Positions 9,398 through 18,398 of a DNA stretch of 64,000 nucleotides are shown here, one piece after another. The position numbers and the translations under genes were made by a program. The stretch's first letter is position 1; each line of letters begins with the position of its first letter. The stretch spans positions 35,868-99,867 of the forward strand of contig JAMCSX010000017.1 of NCBI GenBank assembly GCA_023379055.1. The letters run 5' to 3'. Under the pieces are notes generated by a model that worked only from the letters and a program-made list of their open reading frames with translations, was not told the origin of the DNA and did no database searches. Source of the stretch: Candidatus Marsarchaeota archaeon. Lineage in GTDB: Archaea; Micrarchaeota; Micrarchaeia; Micrarchaeales; CABMGC01.

Positions 9398-9907
9398 ATG
9401 GGCATAGTGGATATATTCATGCGCAACAGGAAGTTTGTGAATTGCAGCCTTAATAGTTTGGAGGAGTATTCGCGCATCCTCTCAGGGAGGATAATAGCGG
9501 GAAATGGAAAACCGGATGCAATAGTATACATAGAGAGAGGAGGCATGGTGATAGGCAGACTACTTAGCGATGCGCTTGGTGTAAAGCGTGTTGCAGGAAT
9601 AAATGCAAGCTATTACAGAGGTATTGGGAAAAAGGCGCACAGCGTGTCTGTAGGCGAGGTGCCGAGACTTGGAAGAAAAGGCGGATACCTGTTGCTTGTC
9701 GACGATATAGCAGACACCGGAAAGACGCTTAAGAAGGTATCTGCCCGAATAGCAAGGAGGCATGGCGGAAAGGTGCTCACATGTACGGTATTCTACAAGC
9801 CAAGATCTGAGGTGAGGCCAGACTTCTATGTGAAGGAGATAGGCAATGACAGATGGATTGTCTTCGAATATGAGAAGCGCGAATTCGATTACCTGAGGCA
9901 CAGATAA
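9398..9907 (+). CDS. Type I phosphoribosyltransferase (purine salvage-like)
   Basis: [21 protein letters not shown] loop, WIVFEYE. Confidence 0.85.
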   Translation: MGIVDIFMRNRKFVNCSLNSLEEYSRILSGRIIAGNGKPDAIVYIERGGMVIGRLLSDALGVKRVAGINASYYRGIGKKAHSVSVGEVPRLGRKGGYLLLVDDIADTGKTLKKVSARIARRHGGKVLTCTVFYKPRSEVRPDFYVKEIGNDRWIVFEYEKREFDYLRHR

Positions 9908-9912
9908 TCTTG

Positions 9913-10191
9913 ATGTATACGTTTGTAGTGCATGGTGTAGTGCAGGGCGTAGGGTATCGCGCATTTGTAAGGGAGGTTGCAGAAAGGCTCGGAATATCAG
10001 GCGCAGTGAAGAACAGCGACGATGGGTCGGTTTTCGTTCTTGCTGAGGGAAGCGAAGATGCGCTGGGACGGTTTGGGAAGGCCATAGACATATCCACGGC
10101 ACGCGGAGTACAGGTTATGAAAATTGAGAGGCATAAGGGCAACCTTTTGCCGGAGTGCGGAATTATCGCAGGATTCAGGATAATCTGGTAG
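9913..10191 (+). CDS. acyP: Acylphosphatase
   Basis: [20 protein letters not shown]. Confidence 0.9.
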   Translation: MYTFVVHGVVQGVGYRAFVREVAERLGISGAVKNSDDGSVFVLAEGSEDALGRFGKAIDISTARGVQVMKIERHKGNLLPECGIIAGFRIIW

Positions 10192-10252
10192 CGGAGTGCG
10201 TTGGAAGGGATAAAAGGGAAGCCTGACGTTAAAAAGGGCGCCAATTCCGTCC

Positions 10253-11563
10253 TTATATGTTGTATGCAGAGGCTAGCTGCGGATGATACACCTCGTATTT
10301 TTCCTTGAGGGATGCCTGAAGCTCCTTTGACCTTTCAGGTTCACCATGCACTATGAATATGCGCTTCAGGCCCTTTATCCTTCCCATAAGGGACATGAGC
10401 TGCTGCCGGTCAGCATGCGCAGAGAGGTTGTACTTCTCGACCTTCATGTTGAACTGCACCTTCCTTCCTTCTATCATCACAGACTTTGCGCCTTCAAGTA
10501 TCTGCCTTCCCAATGTCCCTTCTGCCTGGTATCCGACAAATATGAGCTTATTCTCGCTGTTGCTTGCCAGACGCTCCAGGTACCTCAACACGGGACCGCC
10601 GGTCAGCATGCCGCTTGTCGTCACTATCAGTGCCGCATCGCCGCGCGCCATTATCCTGCTTCTCGTCTGCTTCGTCATCACGTTGTGGAAGTTGACGCTC
10701 TTGAATGGATCGTCGTCGTTCATCAGTATCCTCTTCTGCAGCTCGTCCCTGCAGTATATGACATTGTGCCTGTGAATCCGCATTGCCTTTCCGATCATGC
10801 CATCCATGTATAGGTTTATCTTTGGCATTAGGCCGGATTTTATGTAATCGTCGAGTATCAGCAGTACCTCCTGTGCCCTTCCAACACCAAAGCTCGGTAT
10901 TATTATCTTTCCACCCTGGTTTATTGTATCCTTTATGCTTGTCAGCATTGTATCGAGCACTTTTTTCTCTGGCTGGAACACGTCCTTGTCACCGCCATAT
11001 GTAGATTCTGTTATTAGGGTATCTGCGCTAAGCCCTTCGGTCCGGGCAGGATCAAGCAGTTTCGTAGTCCTCATGTTTATATCGCCGGTGTATATTATGC
11101 TGTGCCTTGAATCGCTTACCCGTATCATTGCGCTTCCGAGAATGTGGCCCGCCGGAAGCAGCCATAATGACAGGTCCTTTATCCTGAACTCCTCGTTGTA
11201 TCCCACAAGCTTGCAGTGCGTCTGCATGCCCGACATCCCCTCCTTTGTAACGTTGTCGGGATTTGATATGCGCATGTAGTCGCTGACGAGCACGTTGGTA
11301 AGCTCGAATGTCGGCTTTGTCATGTATGTTGACTTGGAGTATCCTGCGGAATATACGTGGGGAAGATATCCCGAATGGTCAAGATGTGCGTGACTTATGA
11401 CTATGCCGTCAAGCGTCCTTATTTCATCGTCGGTTATCAGCGGGTACTCCACCTGCTTCCCGAGTTTTATGCCTGCATCAAGGAGTATCTTTGCCTTGTC
11501 GCTTTCTATCATGATGCAGCTTCTGCCCACCTCGTTGGCGGCTCCAAAAAAAGTGATCCTCAA
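10253..11563 (-). CDS. Beta-CASP metallo-beta-lactamase ribonuclease (no KH domains)
   Basis: SHAHLDH, AGHILGSA, TGD, ESTYG, GRAQE, SAHAD; TTG start overlapping the upstream stop. Confidence 0.9.
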   Translation of the reverse strand: MRITFFGAANEVGRSCIMIESDKAKILLDAGIKLGKQVEYPLITDDEIRTLDGIVISHAHLDHSGYLPHVYSAGYSKSTYMTKPTFELTNVLVSDYMRISNPDNVTKEGMSGMQTHCKLVGYNEEFRIKDLSLWLLPAGHILGSAMIRVSDSRHSIIYTGDINMRTTKLLDPARTEGLSADTLITESTYGGDKDVFQPEKKVLDTMLTSIKDTINQGGKIIIPSFGVGRAQEVLLILDDYIKSGLMPKINLYMDGMIGKAMRIHRHNVIYCRDELQKRILMNDDDPFKSVNFHNVMTKQTRSRIMARGDAALIVTTSGMLTGGPVLRYLERLASNSENKLIFVGYQAEGTLGRQILEGAKSVMIEGRKVQFNMKVEKYNLSAHADRQQLMSLMGRIKGLKRIFIVHGEPERSKELQASLKEKYEVYHPQLASAYNI

Positions 11564-12285
11564 TTCAGCACCGATTCGTCAAACTCCGTGTCTTCCTTCT
11601 TCTCGTCTTTCTTCTCCTTCATTATGGCTATGTCAGCGAAGCTTATCTCCTGCTTATTGTGTTCTTCCCTGTGCTGCTGCTTACCGCCAGGCTTGGACTT
11701 TCTCTTCGTCTCCCCGGTAAGCGACCGGAGATTTGAATAAAGCTCGTCAAGCCGCTTGCCTGAGACCTTTATCCTTGCCTCGGCTTCATCTATTCTCTTG
11801 TTAAGCTCGATTATGTCCCCTTCTATAAACTCGAGCTTTTTCCTGAGCCTGTAGCTCTTCAGTGCCTGCCCGAATTCCCTCTCAACCTCGTTCTTCTTCC
11901 TTATGAGATCCTTCTCGGCCTCCAGCGTGAACGCCTCGGTAGCTATCCTGAATTCAAGCTGCTCCTTCTTCTTCCTTAAAAAGCCTATATTCTTCGTGTG
12001 CGATTTGCTTATCTCGGATAGTTGGGATATTGCCTGCTTGTCTGCCAGCTTGTATGCCAGCCTGTTCCTGGCAGATCTTGAATCGTGTATGTAATTTGAC
12101 CGTTTCTGCTTCTCTTCGTCTATAGCGGCCTTGAGTATGTCTACAGGCGACTTTGGACCCTGTGCCTTGGCATGGGCTGGCGCTGACACATCCTTGCTTG
12201 CAGATGCAGGATCCGCATCCTGCTTCGGCGCATGGGCAGGTTTCTCTGACGCAACCCCATTATTAACAGTGCCTTCATCGCTCAG
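11560..12285 (-). CDS. Coiled-coil protein; start probably CTG at 12285 (track uses GTG 12189)
   Basis: K/E-rich heptads. The frame stays open upstream of 12189 to a CTG that overlaps the TGA of the upstream gene. Confidence 0.65.
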   Translation of the reverse strand: MSDEGTVNNGVASEKPAHAPKQDADPASASKDVSAPAHAKAQGPKSPVDILKAAIDEEKQKRSNYIHDSRSARNRLAYKLADKQAISQLSEISKSHTKNIGFLRKKKEQLEFRIATEAFTLEAEKDLIRKKNEVEREFGQALKSYRLRKKLEFIEGDIIELNKRIDEAEARIKVSGKRLDELYSNLRSLTGETKRKSKPGGKQQHREEHNKQEISFADIAIMKEKKDEKKEDTEFDESVLN

Positions 12286-13457
12286 TAAATCGCCTTCTTT
12301 GATAAGACCAGATTATAAACATCTATCAACGTGTCCGCCACTTTTTCTTTGGAGAATTCTGCAGCAGTCCTTATTGCGTTTTCTTTATAATGGCCGGTGC
12401 TATTTAAAACCTTTTCTATCTTCCTTGCACACTCGGTATAATCTCCGGGCCTGAATTTTTCGCCGTTCTCCCCGTTTTTTATCAGTTCGGCTATAGCAAG
12501 ATAGTCTGCTCCGACCACAGGCTTGCCCATGGCCATGGCCTCGAGAAGTACTATCCCCTGGGTCTCGAACGTCGATGGAAGGCAGAATACGTCAGATGCT
12601 GCGTACACCGAGGGAAGCATATCCGCTGTGACAAATCCCAGAAACGTGGTATTTGCAGAGATGCCCATGCGCCTGGCCATTGCCGTGTAATAATGCTCTG
12701 CTGGTCCGGTGCCGCCTATCAGCAGCCTTATGTTCTTGTTCTTACTCGCCAGAAGCCTTACCGCCCTGAGCAGAACTTCGAGCTTCTTCTCCCTGCTCAG
12801 TCTCCCGAGATAAAGGATTACCCTTTCCCTGCCGTTAATGCCATAGCGTCTTCTTACCGTGACCCCGCTAATGTTTGGATTGAGGGCTCGGGTATCAACG
12901 CCATTTGGTACGACACTCAGCTTGGATATGCCATAACCGTGCAGAATGCTCCTTACGGTCTCTGATGGGGCTATGACACGGTCGCAGCTGTTATAGAATA
13001 CTTTCATGTATGCAGTAAGTGAATCTGTTGCAATTCTTCTAAGGTGCCTGTTCTTAGGGTAATATGTATCCACTATGGGTTTGTTTGTGACCATTGTATG
13101 AAACGTGCTTACAAACGGTATCCTCAAAAGCTTGGATGCCATGAGGCCGGCAAAGCCCATTACCATCGGAGTCTGCGCGTGTATTATGTCTATATCAAGG
13201 CCGCTTAGCCGAAATATAGAGTTATATGGGAATAATGCAACATTGTACTGGGGATATGGCCTGAATTTCACTCCAGGATATAGGAATACATTTTTTTTAG
13301 AGTAGGTCCGTATATTCTTTGAATCGGAGCTTGCGAATATGTATACATTGTGGCCCTTTCTCTCAAGTTCATCCTTGAAATTCAGGGTTGATGTTACGAC
13401 ACCGTCAACACCAGGCAGATATACGTCAGTGTAAAAAGCTATGTTAAGCCTGCGCAT
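12282..13457 (-). CDS. Glycosyltransferase family 4
   Basis: DGVVTS, YLGRLSREKK, FETQGIVLLEAMAMGKPVV (EX7E). Confidence 0.92.
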   Translation of the reverse strand: MRRLNIAFYTDVYLPGVDGVVTSTLNFKDELERKGHNVYIFASSDSKNIRTYSKKNVFLYPGVKFRPYPQYNVALFPYNSIFRLSGLDIDIIHAQTPMVMGFAGLMASKLLRIPFVSTFHTMVTNKPIVDTYYPKNRHLRRIATDSLTAYMKVFYNSCDRVIAPSETVRSILHGYGISKLSVVPNGVDTRALNPNISGVTVRRRYGINGRERVILYLGRLSREKKLEVLLRAVRLLASKNKNIRLLIGGTGPAEHYYTAMARRMGISANTTFLGFVTADMLPSVYAASDVFCLPSTFETQGIVLLEAMAMGKPVVGADYLAIAELIKNGENGEKFRPGDYTECARKIEKVLNSTGHYKENAIRTAAEFSKEKVADTLIDVYNLVLSKKAIY

Positions 13458-13465
13458 GAATACAC

Positions 13466-13852
13466 TTAGACCTGTATTGCTTCCCCTCCAGCGCTTTTAA
13501 TCTTCTCCTGTGCAGATTTCGAGAACCCGCCCGCAGTTATCTTTATGGGTTTTGATATTGAACCTCCGCCGAGTATCTTGTATTCCCTAAGCTCTATCTC
13601 CCCTTTTCCGCCAGCGGCAGCTTCCACATAATCAAGGTTGACTACATTTTGTTTTGATTTATGCCAGGGAGTGAAGCCTGACTTTGACATCCTCTCCCGC
13701 TCATATTTCACTATTCTGGTGAATTTGTGCTTCTTTCCTGCCCTGCCAACCCCGCCCCTGCTTCCGGAACCCCTTCTGTTCTTTATGTTCCCTGCGCCCC
13801 ACCTCCTGGTGCCGAGAAACTTTCTTGCCCTTTTTTCATACCTAAGCGACAT
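13466..13852 (-). CDS. rpl15: 50S ribosomal protein uL15
   Basis: RGSGSRGGVGRAG, YKILGGG, FSKSAQEKIKSAGG. Confidence 0.92.
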   Translation of the reverse strand: MSLRYEKRARKFLGTRRWGAGNIKNRRGSGSRGGVGRAGKKHKFTRIVKYERERMSKSGFTPWHKSKQNVVNLDYVEAAAGGKGEIELREYKILGGGSISKPIKITAGGFSKSAQEKIKSAGGEAIQV

Positions 13853-13854
13853 AA

Positions 13855-14280
13855 CTACACCATCCTTTCAAGCAGTCTGCTGATCTCTTCCCCACGGTAT
13901 CCGAGTGCCCCGCCATGCAGGAAATTATGCTTTATTCCCCCGTATCCGTGTTTTGGAGGCCTTAAGCGGATCGGAATGCTTATCACGGCCTTCGGATTCT
14001 TCTTTCCTGATGCAATGGCATCCGCCTCGCCCTTTGCCTTGTCGCCTCCCTTCTCTGAGAGTAACCGCTCAAGCATGTCCTTTCTTATCTCCCCGTATGT
14101 GACGAAATCGCCAACCTTCTTGATCATACCTATATTTGACCTTGTGCCGTATATAAGTACAAGATTGTTTACCCTCTCAAGATTAAGTCGCTTCATTGTT
14201 TCGTTCAGTTCCCTTCTTACGCCCATACTTCCGCGTACTCTTACAACTGCAAGAAGCTTGTTCTCAAGATCGGACTTCAT
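13855..14280 (-). CDS. rpl30: 50S ribosomal protein uL30
   Basis: AVVRVRG, GMIKKVGDFVTYGE, RLRPPKHG, GALGYRG. Confidence 0.93.
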   Translation of the reverse strand: MKSDLENKLLAVVRVRGSMGVRRELNETMKRLNLERVNNLVLIYGTRSNIGMIKKVGDFVTYGEIRKDMLERLLSEKGGDKAKGEADAIASGKKNPKAVISIPIRLRPPKHGYGGIKHNFLHGGALGYRGEEISRLLERMV

Positions 14281-14441
14281 AGACTAATACCTTGTAAATC
14301 ATACTTATTTAATTCAAAAAGCTTTTTAAGATTACCGAATTACAGCCTGCCACTGCGCACGCCACTGCAGCCGTTATTTATTACCAGAAAGCTTTAAAAG
14401 AGCCTGATGGCATAAATTAGTATCGTGGTAAAAAGGATTTT

Positions 14442-15269
14442 ATGATGACCAATCAAAAAACGCCACCGGAAGCCCCCAACCTTCAGTTGGGAGGAGATGT
14501 CACGAGGAATATAATTTTTGGCATACTTGCCCTGTGCCTTATGTCTGCAAATGTCATGGCCTCAATGAGCGTAACGTACATAAACACTACGGCAGTGCTA
14601 AATAGGACCACAAGCGCAAAGATAGTGGAGACAGTGCTCATAAATATAAGCAACTCATCCATAAACCAGTACCTTCAGGACAGGCAGGCGATAAACCTTA
14701 CTCTTGGCGGCTGGGGCAGGGTGCTGCACACGCAGTCCCTAATACAGCAAGTGTTCAACCCCAATTCAAGCATATCGAACTTCACGCTGCTGCCTGGGCC
14801 CATAATAGGCAATGCAGGATATGGAGGGTATGCAAAGCTTACAATGATATACACTGCATATAACATAACGACTATAAGGAATGTGGGCCCGAGGAAATTT
14901 GACTACTCGTTCAACAGCCAGTCGCTCAACTTTGAGCATACGGCAAGCGGCGAAGCGCTTCCGCAGAACACGCGCTTCAATATAATCATACCGAAAGGCA
15001 TCGAAGTTGTGTCGGTATATCCCGAACCAGATTATCCGTATCCGAATTTTGGTGGCAACTACAACAACGTAACCATGTTTTCATGGTATGCAGGCGAGCC
15101 GCTCTCGAAGTTCACTTTCTCGTACATAGTAATGCAATCACTTCAGGATGAGGTTATAAGCTACTTCTCCGGAGTTTATGCAACATATACGCAACAGATA
15201 TATTTGCTGGCAATAATACTGGCAGGCGTGCTTTCGATTTATATATATTCAAAGGTATTTGCAGAGTAG
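14442..15269 (+). CDS. Secreted protein with C-terminal TM anchor; N-terminus extended by an in-frame 60-bp insertion
   Basis: Signal-like RNIIFGILALCLMSANVMA, many N-x-S/T sequons, C-terminal hydrophobic helix. Confidence 0.7.
   Translation: MMTNQKTPPEAPNLQLGGDVTRNIIFGILALCLMSANVMASMSVTYINTTAVLNRTTSAKIVETVLINISNSSINQYLQDRQAINLTLGGWGRVLHTQSLIQQVFNPNSSISNFTLLPGPIIGNAGYGGYAKLTMIYTAYNITTIRNVGPRKFDYSFNSQSLNFEHTASGEALPQNTRFNIIIPKGIEVVSVYPEPDYPYPNFGGNYNNVTMFSWYAGEPLSKFTFSYIVMQSLQDEVISYFSGVYATYTQQIYLLAIILAGVLSIYIYSKVFAE
14444..14503 (+). mobile_element. 60-bp non-autonomous IS200/IS605-type miniature element
   Basis: Follows TTAT; contains GGAAGCC + hairpin CCCAAC-CTTCA-GTTGGG + AGGAGATGTCAC, matching the right end at 54621-54656; removal recreates ATG AGG AAT ATA. 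Confidence 0.7.
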
Positions 15270-15280
15270 GTGCGTTTCCG

Positions 15281-16744
15281 TTGCACAGATATGAATTGTT
15301 GTTATTGAAAGCGCTGGTAAAGAAGCCGAGCATGAGCCTTGAAGAGCTTGAATCTGCATCCGGTCTTGGAAGGGCTGAGGCAATGTGGGCTCTGGAGAAC
15401 CTCAAAGCCAGAGGGCTGGTCGAGGTGACATATTCGCAGAGGGACAGGCTGACGCTAAGCGGAGAGGGGCGGGAGTATGCGGAAAAGGGATTGCCAGAGG
15501 AGAGACTGCTCAGGAGGCTTGCAGAAGAGGAGGTAAGGGCAGCAGCCCTTAATTCAGAATCTGAAAAGATAGGCTTGCAGTGGGCAAAAAGGCTTGGACT
15601 CGTAACAATAGAGGGCGGGATGGTCAGGATCACCGAATCTGGGGTAAAGGCAGCGTCTGCTGGCGTGGCAGACGGAAGGACGCTTAGATCCATATCTGCA
15701 GGTTCTTACAAGCCAGGTGCCGGAGATGACGTGGCAAATCTGGTCAAGAGGGGGCTTGTGGAGTCGAAGACGCAGAGACATATAGACGGAATAATAATAA
15801 CTGACGCCGGAAGGGCGGAGGATACCTCGGGAAACGATGAGATAGACGCGGTAGACAGGAACACAATAACAAACGGGACGTGGAAGGAGCGGGGATTCAA
15901 GAGATACGATGTCAGCGTGGATATTGAAAGGCAGGCGCCTGCAATGCGCCATCCGGTAAAGAGATTGATAGAGAAGATGCGCGACACATATATTAGCATG
16001 GGATTCAAGGAGATATCAGGGCCTGCAGTAGAATCGTCTTTTTGGGTGTTTGATGCCCTGTTCGTTCCGCAGGACCACCCAGCGCGTGATGCACAGGATA
16101 CGTTCTACATATCAAACCTTGAGAATGAGCTATTCGGTGGACTGTCATACGTTAAGACTGTCAGGAAGGCGCATCAGAAGGGGTGGAATGCGACGTGGAG
16201 CGAGGAGGTTGCAGGGCAGAGGCTTCTAAGGACCCACACCACAAGCGTATCTGCGCGTCACATGTATAGGATAATAGATGATATAAAGAAAAACCCGAAT
16301 AAATATGAGCTTCCGGTTAAGTTATTCTCCATAGGCAGGGTATTCAGAAACGAGGCAGTGGATTACAGGCATCTTGCTGATTTCTACCAGCATGACGGGA
16401 TAATTATAGGCAAGGACCTTACGCTCTCCAACCTATTTGATACCTTAAGAAGGATATACAGGTCAATTGGCATTGACATAAAATTCAAGCCGTCATATTT
16501 TCCATTCGTAGAACCCGGGGTGGAGTTTATGTCGTACTCTGACAAAACAAAGGAGTGGATAGAGATGGGAGGGGCAGGCATGATAAGGGAGGAGATAACA
16601 GGCGTGAAAAGGAACAGGCTGACAGTGCTTGCCTGGGGCCCTGGAATGGAGAGGATATTGCTGATAAGGGATCCAAGCATTTCAGGCATATCCGAATTGT
16701 ACAATAACGGGCTTGGATGGCTGAGAGATAGGAGAGGTGTATGA
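15281..16744 (+). CDS. pheS: Phenylalanine--tRNA ligase alpha subunit
   Basis: FDALFVPQDHPARDAQDTFY, LRTHTT, GRVFRNE, YFPFVEP; TTG start. Confidence 0.96.
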   Translation: MHRYELLLLKALVKKPSMSLEELESASGLGRAEAMWALENLKARGLVEVTYSQRDRLTLSGEGREYAEKGLPEERLLRRLAEEEVRAAALNSESEKIGLQWAKRLGLVTIEGGMVRITESGVKAASAGVADGRTLRSISAGSYKPGAGDDVANLVKRGLVESKTQRHIDGIIITDAGRAEDTSGNDEIDAVDRNTITNGTWKERGFKRYDVSVDIERQAPAMRHPVKRLIEKMRDTYISMGFKEISGPAVESSFWVFDALFVPQDHPARDAQDTFYISNLENELFGGLSYVKTVRKAHQKGWNATWSEEVAGQRLLRTHTTSVSARHMYRIIDDIKKNPNKYELPVKLFSIGRVFRNEAVDYRHLADFYQHDGIIIGKDLTLSNLFDTLRRIYRSIGIDIKFKPSYFPFVEPGVEFMSYSDKTKEWIEMGGAGMIREEITGVKRNRLTVLAWGPGMERILLIRDPSISGISELYNNGLGWLRDRRGV

Positions 16745-16745
16745 T

Positions 16746-18398
16746 CTGCCAGTAATATCATTCGATAAAAAGTACCTGTATGGGCTTATAGGAGAGGGAA
16801 TTGACGACGACAAGTTCTCCGAGCAGGTATCCAAGCTAGGTTTTGGGGTTGAGGAGATCAGCAAGGAAAGCATAACTGTGGAGCTCACGGCAAACAGACT
16901 TGATCTGCTCGATGCAGTGGGACTTGCAAGGTCACTCAGGAACTTTATGCACAAAAGTAAGAGATTCGTATATGAGATAGCTGACAAAGATCCTGGACTT
17001 GAGATTAAGGTTGATAGAAGCGTCAGGCAGGTAAGGCCATTCATAGCAGGCATTGTAGCCAGGAGAGTGAAACTGGACGAGCAGGCCTTGGTAAACCTGA
17101 TAAACTTCTCCGAGAAGTTTTGCGAGACATATGGCAGGGATAGGCGGAAGATAGCAATAGGCATGCACAACCTCGACGCGGTAAAACCCGGACTCACATA
17201 TAGATGCTCAAAGGAGGGCAGGTTCGTTGCGCTTGGAGAGAGGGACGAATCAAGCTACAGCAGCATAATCGAGACACTTGACAAAGGGAGGCAGTATTCG
17301 GGCCTTGTTAAGGGCAGGAAAGGCAACGTTTATCCCGAACTGATTGACGGCGAGGGGGCCATAGCATTGATTCCGGTAATAAACTCTGAAAGGACAAGGG
17401 TCACTGCAGAGACAAAAAACATGTTTGTAGATATAACTGGAACTTCCGCATACGCGGCAAACAAGGTATCAGAGCTGCTTGCATCCACATTTATAGACAT
17501 GGGTGCAGACGTAAAGAGAGTGAGGGTAGATTACGGCAAAAAGCAGGTTGACACCCCGATACTGGACACCAGGTACATAACCATCCCCGTAGTAAGGGCA
17601 GAGAGGGAGATAGGTGTTCGGATAGGATACAACAATGTGATATCTTTGGCAAACAAGATGGGGTATGAGGCAGCGCTTGTGGATAGAAAGGTGAGGTTTA
17701 GGGTACCGGAATACAGGCTGGACGTCATAGGAGAGCAGGACGTGATAGAGGATCTTGCAATAGCGTATGGATATGACTACATTAACCCCAAGCCCATCTA
17801 CTATGCTGAAAACGGGGAGCTCGAGGAAGAGACGAAATTCAACAGGACAGTAGCAGAGATAATGACAGGGCTTGGGTTCTCTGAATTCGCAAACTCGTAT
17901 CTTACCAATGATGACTACAACTTTGATAGGCCAAGAATAAAGCGTGATGGAAGTGCCGTCGTGATTAAAAACCCGAAGACCGAGGCGATATCAATAATGC
18001 GAACGTGGATCCTGCCTTCCATCCTGAGGGATCTCTCAATGTCTGCAAACGACAGGACACCGCAGAATGTGTTTGAATTGGACCTCGCATTCAAAGTGGA
18101 CAGAAGGGCAGCAAAGGAATCATATCATCTTGCAGCGGCTTCCCTGGATCCGAAGGCAAACTTCAACAACATAAAGGCTACGGTAGAAGGACTGCTTTAT
18201 GCGCTTGGGGTAAAATATGACATAACAGAACAATCACACGGCAGTTTCATAGAAGGCAGATGCGCGGATATAAGAATAAACGGAAAGAACGCAGGAGTGT
18301 TTGGAGAGATACATCCGGAAGTACTTAAGAACTTCGGGCTGGAGGAAGCAGCGGTGGCTTTCGAAATGGATGTAGCTGCGCTGATGCCTAAGAGCTGA
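16746..18398 (+). CDS. pheT: Phenylalanine--tRNA ligase beta subunit; start probably CTG 16746 (track GTG 16737)
   Basis: NRLDLL, GRDRRKIAIGMH, YRLDV..DVIEDLAIAYGY, GEIHPEVL. Confidence 0.94.
   Translation: MPVISFDKKYLYGLIGEGIDDDKFSEQVSKLGFGVEEISKESITVELTANRLDLLDAVGLARSLRNFMHKSKRFVYEIADKDPGLEIKVDRSVRQVRPFIAGIVARRVKLDEQALVNLINFSEKFCETYGRDRRKIAIGMHNLDAVKPGLTYRCSKEGRFVALGERDESSYSSIIETLDKGRQYSGLVKGRKGNVYPELIDGEGAIALIPVINSERTRVTAETKNMFVDITGTSAYAANKVSELLASTFIDMGADVKRVRVDYGKKQVDTPILDTRYITIPVVRAEREIGVRIGYNNVISLANKMGYEAALVDRKVRFRVPEYRLDVIGEQDVIEDLAIAYGYDYINPKPIYYAENGELEEETKFNRTVAEIMTGLGFSEFANSYLTNDDYNFDRPRIKRDGSAVVIKNPKTEAISIMRTWILPSILRDLSMSANDRTPQNVFELDLAFKVDRRAAKESYHLAAASLDPKANFNNIKATVEGLLYALGVKYDITEQSHGSFIEGRCADIRINGKNAGVFGEIHPEVLKNFGLEEAAVAFEMDVAALMPKS

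Noticed and set aside
14302..14313. 12-nt match (TACTTATTTAAT) to the putative omegaRNA guide in the rpl30 upstream region
   Set aside because: Short and AT-rich, misses the TAM-proximal base and has no adjacent TTAT; consistent with chance.
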